Part shown: in pieces, positions 19,563-29,600 of the stretch | Layout: each line of letters opens with the position of its first letter | Position numbering within the stretch: position 1 is the stretch's first letter | IMG/VR virus record: IMGVR_UViG_3300044724_010870 | Coordinates: 1 to 51,079 of that record | From: a virus | Lineage: Duplodnaviria; Caudoviricetes | DNA length: 51,079 nucleotides | Strand: one strand, 5' to 3' | The notes under the pieces: generated by a model | Database searches by the model: none | Told to the model about the DNA's origin: nothing | What the model saw: the letters and a program-made list of their open reading frames with translations, nothing else | Made by a program: the position numbers and the translations under genes

Positions 19563-20665
19563 CTCCTTCTATTATAATAAGAATTATATGTCAAATTTAC
19601 AGTTAATCTTCCTTCAACAGATGATTGTATTTGTTCGGAAGCCAGCCTGGCTTGAACAACTGTATAATTTTGAACTTTGTTCCCCGTGCAATCCTTAACT
19701 TCTATAGCTAGGTCGTGAAGTGTTGGCTTATACAGATAGTCCCTCAACCTCCTGTATCGATACTCGTCCACTTCAATGGAGAAACTTGTAGTGCTGCTGG
19801 TTGGCCACCTAACATCAACTTGGATTGGCTCATATGACCCAACTATATATATGGGTTCTAGATCTACATTAATACTATGCTCAAAAGACATCACCCTATC
19901 TATTTCCGCGCCACCTATTCGAAGGAATATAGATCCATGACTGGGTATTTTTATTTCAGGAAATACTCCATCTCCCTCCGCTGATAACCCCGTTGAACTT
20001 GATTTGGAATCTTCGGTATCAAAATCAAAAGAATCTTCACTATTATCTATCTTAAAAGATTCAGGACTTCCACCTATATCCCCAAACACCCTTATCTCGG
20101 TGCTTAGTGTAGGTAGAGAGCCCACGGCACAAGAAACCGTGTGCCTAGTCACATAACCATTATAAAAACCAAAATACCTATCTTTAAAATGTATACTACC
20201 ACTAAAAGGATTATCTCCTACATAACTTACTATAAAATCTTTGCTAATTAATAAAGAATTAATGCTAAAAGCTCCTTCTAATGGAGAATTAATAACAGCC
20301 ATACTTTTAAATGGCTGCACTAAAAATCCATAATTATTTACATATATAAAAGGGTTATTTCTTCTGTAATCAAAATCTTCTCCTGGCTCTTCGAAAGGAT
20401 TGTCGCCCTCTGTAATAACTCCAATATTTTGCTCTGAATCAATATCTAGACCTCCCTCGGTTATTAAGTTCTGAGAAATAGATGAGTAGTCTAATTCGCT
20501 CTCAGGTTTTCCAAAATAATTAAAGCCAAAATCAACATGACCATAACCAAGTATATTGATTGGTGTTTCACCTATAGAATATCCACCATTAATAGATTGG
20601 ACACCCATGATTTCCGTGCCATCAATGTATAATTTTTGCTCGTCGCCTAGTATAGCCTGCTTCAT
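19559..20665 (-). CDS. Tail tube-like protein (divergent paralog, possibly tube initiator like T5 p140)
   Basis: 368 aa. GVQSINGGYS...PINILG, NGYVTRHTVSCAVGSLPTLST and ARLASEQIQSSVEG...VNLTY align by eye with RVQSANYGF...INQFG, NGYLTDYSVDISVGNIPTVSC and AKLDSENFSSSIGD...VDLTF of the 509-aa protein. Confidence 0.65.
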   Translation of the reverse strand: MKQAILGDEQKLYIDGTEIMGVQSINGGYSIGETPINILGYGHVDFGFNYFGKPESELDYSSISQNLITEGGLDIDSEQNIGVITEGDNPFEEPGEDFDYRRNNPFIYVNNYGFLVQPFKSMAVINSPLEGAFSINSLLISKDFIVSYVGDNPFSGSIHFKDRYFGFYNGYVTRHTVSCAVGSLPTLSTEIRVFGDIGGSPESFKIDNSEDSFDFDTEDSKSSSTGLSAEGDGVFPEIKIPSHGSIFLRIGGAEIDRVMSFEHSINVDLEPIYIVGSYEPIQVDVRWPTSSTTSFSIEVDEYRYRRLRDYLYKPTLHDLAIEVKDCTGNKVQNYTVVQARLASEQIQSSVEGRLTVNLTYNSYYNRRR

Positions 20666-23600
20666 TAACTAAGCTCTCCACCAACTCGTTTTTCTTCTCT
20701 TATTACGTCTAGTACTGCCGACTTAATTTTCATCGATAACTCTTGTTCCTTACTATATGAATCTCCAGAAGACGCGGTATCAACCTTTTCTTGTCCAGAC
20801 TGATCAACAGTAACGGTTACATTTATGTTGTTTGTTACCTGCCCGCCCCGTGCGGAATCTTTTCGGCCCATTGATTGACCTAATGCAGGTGATCCAGTGC
20901 CCTCATTAAAAACTCCAGGCTCCGGGCTTGATTGCTCTCCGATCACCCCTCCGTTATAGTAGCCCCTAACAACCCCTCCGTTCTTAAATACCCCCGGATT
21001 CTGCATGGCCATTCTCATTAAGTGAGGATTTTTATTAGCCAAACTTTGGGTAGAGGATTTTTTGACAACAAAATCTCCTGGGGTCATTGGGACAGGGCCA
21101 ACTTTATCAATGCCAGCGGGACCCGCAACAGTAGGAAACTCACCGTTTTTATTAATATATCTTAAGTTTTCGTAGCCAATTGTCGATGCAATACTTTTAG
21201 GAACAACAGACTCTCCCGCTGTAAGCATTGCAGGAACAGCTCCGCCTTGATTAAATTTTTTAAACCTTTCATCCTGGCCTGCGGCGGTTTTAATTCCACC
21301 CCAGATAGACTTCATTGATCCTTTAAATGTTCCCTCTTTGCCTCCGTGAATTGCTCCGCCAATGCCTTCCCCAAATCCACCTATGACTCTACCAACTCCG
21401 CTTACAGCCGAACCCGCAAGCTTTCCAGCCCCCCCCATTTTACTTAACTTTCCACCAGCTTTGCTAGTATAATCTATAAGCTTGGAGCCTCCGGCACTAA
21501 TCTTTTTGCCTGCGAACTTTATGCCGTCCATAGCATAACTAGCAGCAGTGCTAGCTACAAGACCCCCCACTTGAGATGCAAATCCTTTATATTTATTAAT
21601 TTTTTGGTTTACCTTGTCATTGTTTTTGTCTACATTATACTGATGTAAATCAAGAAGATAATCTCCATATTCAGAAATTGTTTGGTTCTGAGCAGTATAC
21701 CTACTGCCGAGCTGGGAGCTATCAAGCCCTAAATCTACCGTAGATCCCAGTCCCGAAGTTTTTAATCTACCTCGGTCAAATGTAGGCATCCCGCTGTTAT
21801 CCTCTGGTCTCCTATTCTTTCTACCAAAGTAACTGCTAGCAATGGTGTCTGTAGCTAATTGAGCACCACCCTCTAAGAGTGCTTCCATCCTGCTTTGTTT
21901 AGCGGGGATGGGATTATCAGGATCTATTTTTTTTCCATCCAATGTCCGTGGGTCCTTAAAGTAATCTTTAACCTCACCACCTTTGTCAAACTTCTGCATT
22001 TTGTCAACTTGCTTTTTTGGTATTACATATTCTCCGGCAGTTAATCTAGCTAAAACTTTATCTATGCCAGGGGGTCCATTAACCATGCCCCCATTATTAA
22101 ATCCCTCTGGTTCAGCTACTGTTCTTTGTTGAATTTCTGCCGTTAGTGACTCGATAGCTGTTTTCAGCGAATTTTCAGATAATTTGGATTCCACTAAAGC
22201 CCGAGTATTAGCTTCTGTTGCAGACTTCATGGCATCTTCCTCAGAGCCTACGCCAGTAAAAGCATACAACAACTGATTGGTCATTTTTTCAATATTTTGT
22301 TCTGTAATCTTATCAAATACAGCGCCCGCTGTACTCAGTAAAGCTCCTTCTAGGGCCTCGCCCGTTCCTTTATCTCCTGTAGATATATCCTTAAATGCTT
22401 GCGCTAGACTTGATTTAAATGTATCTACTCCAGCGCTAATAACCGCAGATGTATCTTCAGATGAAACAGCTAGCTCGGCCATCTTTACTCTGAGGTGGTC
22501 AAGCGCTCCAGCCCCCTCCATTGATGTCTCTTTTAGGGCTACTATTGATTGGGCTAGTGCTAATTGATCTTCGCTTTTACCTGTTTGAACAAACCTTGAC
22601 TGCGCTTCTCTGTTCCCTCTTGTTTTATTAAATCTATCAATGTTAATATCTGCGCCGACTAAATTGTCTAATAATCCCTGATCTATGCTCGCTGCATCTC
22701 TAGCTTGTTTTAGTTCAGTAAGTTTATTTGATTGCTCCAACAACTGCCTTGACTTAGTTTGAAGTTCTTGTGTTTTTATGCTCTCCTCGAGCACTTTTAT
22801 TTTTGATGCAGCTATTAGTGCTTCAGTACTTAGAGAAATAGTTTCTTGCTTCACACGCTCACCTGCCAAATCTTTCAACCCGTTAGTCTCTATTAATTCC
22901 TTTAATTTTGCTGCATTGATAAGATTTTCATTTTCCAAGGTAATACGCTCAGTATCGACTAACTCACTAGCTATTTGAGCTCTGATTTCTGCATTCCTCA
23001 GTGTTTTATTTTTTTCTTTAAGCTCTTCCAGGGATAGGCCCAAATTAGCATTCTCTGTATTAATTCTAGACTGCATTGATGATCTTAGGTTGGCCTCAAT
23101 TTCAGATGTGTTAGGGCCGACACTTCCGCCTCGTAAAACGGAAAGCTTCCTCTGACTAGTAAGCTCTGTAGTAAGATCCGACTCGGCAGTATCCCTTGCT
23201 TGTTGTCTTAGGTTCTCTACTATTTTTTCTTCGAATTCTCTAGACTGCCTGAGTAAGCTTATCCTCCCACTAAGAGCATTATTAATAATACTTAGATTTG
23301 CAGTTTCACCTCTTAAATTTTCTAAAATTACTTCCTCTAAATCACCTTGCTCATCTATTAGTTTTTGCAAAGCAAATGCCCCCTCGACGGTTTTCTGCTT
23401 GATGCCTAATTCTAGATTTAGTTTTTGCTGTTTTTTTAACTCAATCTTCCTACTTCCGTCTACATCTATTTGGGATTTTTTTAAAGTAGCTAATATTTTG
23501 GAGTACTCTGCAAGCTCATCGTCGGTTAATGATAATACTTTTTGTTGTCTAGCAACCAACATTGACAGAATTTTCTCTTCTTCATTAAGGCTGTCTCGGT

Positions 23601-26600
23601 TTTTTTCTATTTGTATCAACTGTTTTTGCACACTTCCTTCGGTATCTTTGAAGGTATTTTTTATATTATCTAAACTTTCTTGAGTCGGCTTAATCTCCAT
23701 GCCGTCCGGTAAGCTTTCATTAAATTCATTAACAGATTTTTCGAGTTCTCCTAAGTTCAATTTTTGTATGCTATCGATTCTATTTGCGAATTCTTTTAGT
23801 TTTTCGTCTTGTGTCCCTAATCCCTCTAGGGGACTTTTATTAGATACAAAAGTCTTCACATCCAATGTGTTTAAACTTTGTATGTATTTATCTCTGGCAT
23901 CCTGCTCTTTAGCGTCAAGTGATTCGGTTGCTTGCACAAAGCTCCTGTTTGCCTCAGCCTGAACGAATAAAGATTTAGATAACAAATTATTACCCAATAA
24001 AATATCTTGCTTAGACTTCTCTAAATCTCTATCTGCACTTAAGAGTTTTAGTCGGTTGTCTCTTTCTATTTTATTTATATCTATTAATAAATTTTCAGAA
24101 GCAGCTCGGTTTTTCATCGATGCGCGCAATTTTGTTGACTCTTGCTCGATCTTTTTGAATTCGTCTTTAATATCAAGTTTAGCTACGGCTTCTTTCAATA
24201 CTTTGTCAAGTGCTATGATTTGCTTTGTATCTAATTCTATCTCATTATTCGCCTCCCTTAGAATTGAGTCGAAATTTATTCTGGATGCATCGTCTTTGAA
24301 TTGCAACCTGCTTTTAATAGATTCCATTATGTCTTGAGATGACCCTACTGCCATAGTAAGGTCGCTTTTTTCTGCACCTTGCATGCCAGTTATACCTAGT
24401 GATCCACTAGACATAGAACTTTGTATGAATCTGGTAATTTCTCCTAAAGCCAGTTCTCGTTTGTCTTTTATTCCGACTCCCCTGTCACTTATTGACTCTA
24501 GATTTTCTGCTAAGTTTTTTCTTAATGTCTCGACTAAACTAAAGTTTGCTAAGCCCAAAGACAGCTTCTCAAGAGACTTTGTTACATCTTGTGTCGCATT
24601 GCTTGACTCTTTCAAGAACTGCTGATATAGCTCTTGACTAGCCGCATCTTTTTTGTTCATCTGGCTTAAGCCTTGGATTGATTCAGCTCTTTTCTGCTCT
24701 GCCTTTAATAGCGCAATCTTATTGCTAGTTAGCGCGGCATCTTCTTTGAGTGTGCGCTTTTTACCTTTAACCTCTAATGATAATATCTTTTTCTGCAAGT
24801 CTTGTTCTCGACTGACCGACTCTAAGGCCGCAGATGAAAGCTCTGATGATTCGCTTAGTTTTTCAAGTTTTTCAGCAGCTTTTTGCGAACTACTTTGAAA
24901 TTGATCCATTATGCCCTTGCCATCGCCAAAGAATTTAAAAGCTTCATTTAAAATTGTAAAACCTGTTATAACCTGACCAATTACAGGAGCAAACCTCAGC
25001 AATCCTTTACCTGCTGCCTTTAGGCCTTTCAAAAATCCTCCAGACCCCATGGTATCATTAATTACGGAGCTAAAGCCCTGTCCAACACTCATGCCCTTGC
25101 CGCCCAACAAAGAAACTCGATCCTTTTCAGATGTGAAACCACCAAGGCTAGACAGCTGGGAAGATATTTCCTTTGCAGTTAACATTACTGAAACAACATT
25201 GCTCGCAGCCAACCCAAATTCAGACAATGATTTTATAGCCTCATTACCCCCCTCGGCAAACTCCTCAAGGAAGCCACTAGCCATACTCAGAGAAGATTGG
25301 AGGTAGAATAGTTTCTGCAAGCCCTCCATGTCAGCACCCATAGCCTCTTCCTGGGCCCCTGAATGATCCTCTACCGCATTCGATGCATCAGTGGTTGATC
25401 TTGTTAGAGTATCTACTGTTTTGCTTAATTTGTTAAATTTTTTAGTTACTTGATCTAATGATGTCCTAAGCTTACTTGCTTCAATATCCTTTCCAAATGT
25501 TTTTTGTATGCCGGCCCCAGCTATAAAATTAGGAACCAAGCCTCTACTGGCTCCATGCTCTTTTGGGTTAATGCCCATACGTCTTGACCTAGCAATTCCC
25601 TGCCCGACTCCATTAGGCTCATCCCTGGTGTTTGTTACTGCCAGCCCTAGAGGATTTTTGGAGCTCTTTAATTGATTGCTTTGTTCAATCCTAATACTGT
25701 TAGCTGCAACTCCAGCCGCCTGCTCCCTGGCAATAGCATCCCCTAGTGGATTGGCGAAATTTGGGACAAATCCCTTAGATAGTATTCTATAATCCTCTGG
25801 GTACCTACGTAGATCTCTTAGGGTCTTTCTGTCATAAAACTGAGATAAGAATTGCAGCATAGTTTGCCCGGGCTTAAATTGATTTTCTCCCTCAGCATAT
25901 GCTCTTAAATACTCTTGATGCATTAAATTCTTAGACTTTATTATCTTCTTTTTAAATGGAACAGTATTATTAAAAGGGACTACATTTGCAAAGTTTGGAA
26001 TGAGGCCGCTTGATGCATCACTAAAATAACCTAAACTTCTGCCGCTATTATACTTGTCAACTTTGTCTTTAAGGTTTTTAATGAAAATGCCATTTAAATC
26101 AATCGTGCCTTTTCTGTCTTTAATGGCAGCTTTTGACGCATAATATTTAGCGCCCTCTCTTCCCATAGATGGGCCGCCAAGACCCTTTAGGTCTTTACTT
26201 GCCCTTGCTTTAAAACCTTGAGCTTGTTTATTTATTTTTGCAATCTCTTGCGGGTTGGTGTCCGTATGGTTTTGTAAATAATTAGTAAAATCTGTTAAAG
26301 TAAAATCATCCCCTCGAAGACCCCAGCCATTTGGACCTTTAGACCATTTAAGAAATTTTTGCCAGTAATGAAAGTTTGGGACAAAGCCTCCTGCATTATT
26401 TTTATTTGGAGAATTAAATATCTCCATTGCCTCTTTAGTTTTCGTCCCCCCAAACTTTCTATCCATCAACGACTGAACACCTCCTGTTCTTATAGCCTCG
26501 ATGTCTTCGTCAGAAAAACGTCTTTTTTGTCTTTTCCCGCTAGTTAATACTTTATTTAATCCTGATAGTTTGTCTGCCTGGAAATTGAAAAATTTTCTTT

Positions 26601-29600
26601 TTTCGTGATCTTCTTGGGATGGATGCCAAATTCCTTTTTCACCAGATTGTGCCGCATTTAATTGAGTGGCATATTCTCCAATGCCCACATATCTTAAGTC
26701 TGGAATACCTAGTCCTTTACGAACTAAATTTCTTGCGAGGTTTATATCGTTAAATAAACCCCGACCATATGCAGCTTGACCCCCGGGTACCCTTGTTTCT
26801 TGCAGTCTTTTAAGCCCGCTTTTGCCTTTATAATAATTGACTGCTACCTGTGTCGCCTCTTCACCTAAATCTTGGTCTTTTTCTATAGCATCAACACCAG
26901 CGAGCCTGTGGTCTATGAATGGGGGAGCTACAGCAACACGCCCAGCAACACTGTCCCCGTCTTTAATTTCAAGCTTCTGACCTGCTAGCACTCTTTCTTT
27001 TACAAAATTAGGAACAAAGCCTTTGCTCATTCCCCATTGCATAGCATCGTCCTTAGAGAAAGTTCCGCCCTCTCCTGTCCCGCTAATACCTAGCTTGCTG
27101 GCTAAGTTTTTTGCAGATTTTAAATTTTTTGAGTCAAGCTTCTTGCCCCCACTTACTTTGTTGTTATTCATCCATGTGGATAATTCATTATCCGAAGCCA
27201 TGCGCAAACTTTTAGAAATAATATTAGCAGGATTAATTTTCCCACTTTTAACTTCTTGTGATGGAAACTGATCCCCGAAAGCAATAATGTCAACAGCGAA
27301 ACTGTTTGACCCTTTTCTTGTTCTTGGATCATAAGTAGTGATATGTGTACCCTTATGCCCAGATGATACCTGCTCCCTATTTAACAAATTTTTAGTTTTC
27401 TGTTCGGCAAATTCTGATTGTGACAACTTGCCTTGACCTTTTCTGCCTGGAGGTATAGGCCTGATACCAATCCTCCTCTGTATGGTCTCCACTCCAGCCC
27501 CGGCTAGGGCATTAAAAGTTTCAAATAAAGTTTCTCCTCCTGTGATTTTACTTTTACCAGAATCAGAAGCCATAATAATATCACGCAGAGATGCCGACAT
27601 CAAGACACTCGGTTTTGCTTTCTTGAATTCCTTTTCAATATCTTGATAGTTAACACCTACAGCCTTAGCTATATCCATTGAATTGCCAAACAAGTTTAAT
27701 CTGGCCTTGCCAAATTTTAAGTTAGACCCAGTTAATTGAGCGAAGTTGGGAATAAATCCATGACTGGCATAAGGATCAAACCCGTGTTGACTCATGAATC
27801 GATCTTTATAGTTCCTTCCAGCGCTACTAGAACCCGGGGGCATTATTGCTGGTTGTTGCATGCCTGGAAAACTCTTAACTTCTTCCGCGGTATTATACAC
27901 CACTCGACCAACTCCTGGCATATTCATACTCTTAATGGATCCAGGACTATATCCTCCTGCAATTGCCCCCTCAATCTCCCGCCTTTTTTGAGCCCTTGAT
28001 GGAATGAAGCCAGATGCCGAAGTAACTACACCGTCTCCATCTAAATCAACCGGGCCGGGAGTTCTCGAAGTTAAATCAGGGCTTACCCCTGCCCTCATTA
28101 AGGGTCCAACCAGAGACCCAGCTAGTGCTTTTTGTTTAGCCATTGCATTGGTTTGAGCCTCTATAATCTTTAATAAAAACTTTTCTTGAGCTAGCCTGTC
28201 TCCTTCTAGATCATTTAGCCCCTCCTGGATGTGCTTGTTTTGAGATAAGACACCAACGATGGACTCCTCCATCTGCCTTATCTTTTCTTTTTTTGTCGTT
28301 ATGTTTAATACATCCTTTAAGCTTTGCCCGGCGAACTTTGAGACACTGGTCAGCATTTTTATAAACACTGCGCCAAAAGCGAATAATGCAGGACCCGTTA
28401 GGACATTACCTATACCGCGCACCAAACCCTTAGCAAAGGTGCTGCCTTCCTCTTCTCCCCCTCCAAGAGAATCTTTAATCCCTGTAACGGCACTCAAGAA
28501 TGTCTCTAGCATACCTCCAAGCTCTGGAGTTAATGTGAGTTTTCCTATGGCTTCCGCTAGCTCACTAACAGCAGTGGCACTTTGAGAGGCTAATGCCGCA
28601 ACTGTTTTATTTAATTGTTCGTTTTTTACAGCTGCTTCGCCTGCGGCTTTTGCCGATACTTCGGATGCCTGACTAAATATATTTTGATCTTTAGCTAAAT
28701 CTCTCAGTGCAGACCTAAAAATGTTAGCCTGAAAGATTCCTGCTGAAAATTGCACAACGTTAGACTTTTGAGACTGTGTTAACTGATCAAAAGTTTTGGC
28801 TATGTTCAATAGTATTTTATCTGCGGGTATAATTGCTCCAGCCAAATCCCTAACCGCTATACCCATATTTTCCAACTGCTCAAGGGATTGAGGTCTTTGT
28901 ATCCTGGTGAATATTGTCTTTAAACCATTACCGATTACCGAACCTCCTCGAGCTGTCGTTTGTTGCAGTGATGTCACTAGCCCGATTAAGTTGTCAAGTT
29001 CTACCCCCGCATCAATAGCAACAGCTCCAGTTCTCTCTAACGCATTAATTAAATCCTCAGAACTTACAGCAAACTTTACATCGACAGCAGCCAGTTTATC
29101 AATGATTTGTGTGGTGGTTAAACCTGCTTCGCCAAAAGCATTTATAGCTGCAGTTAGGCCTGAAACTGCTTCTTCCGCCTTAAGGCTGGTAAGTCGAGTT
29201 AATATGAGAGCATCATTAGTTCTTCTTAAGGTTTCTTCCATAGACAGACCTTGTCGAGAAAATTCTAATGCTGCATCTGCTACTTTACTAAAAGATTGTG
29301 CGGTATTTTTGGCAACCCCAAAAAGGCTGTGTCCGAATTTTTCTATACTTGAGCTTGATGAATTTAGAATAACATTGATATCAGCTAATGTTTTCTCAAA
29401 CTTTATGGTTTCAGCAACCAACCCCTTAAATGCATTCGTAACCCCATTGATAATACCTACGGAAGCACCAAAAGCTACAACACGAGCATTAGAGGCCTCT
29501 AAAGACTTTGTGAATTCATTCGCACTAGCAGTGATCCTACCTAGGGGCTGGGTAAAAGATCTTGCATTAACATTGAAGTTAATTTGCTTACCTGAAAGCC

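Noticed and set aside
28025-28055. EF-hand-like DLDGDG in the TMP
   Set aside because: A single short motif without evident flanking helices, so a Ca-binding domain cannot be supported.
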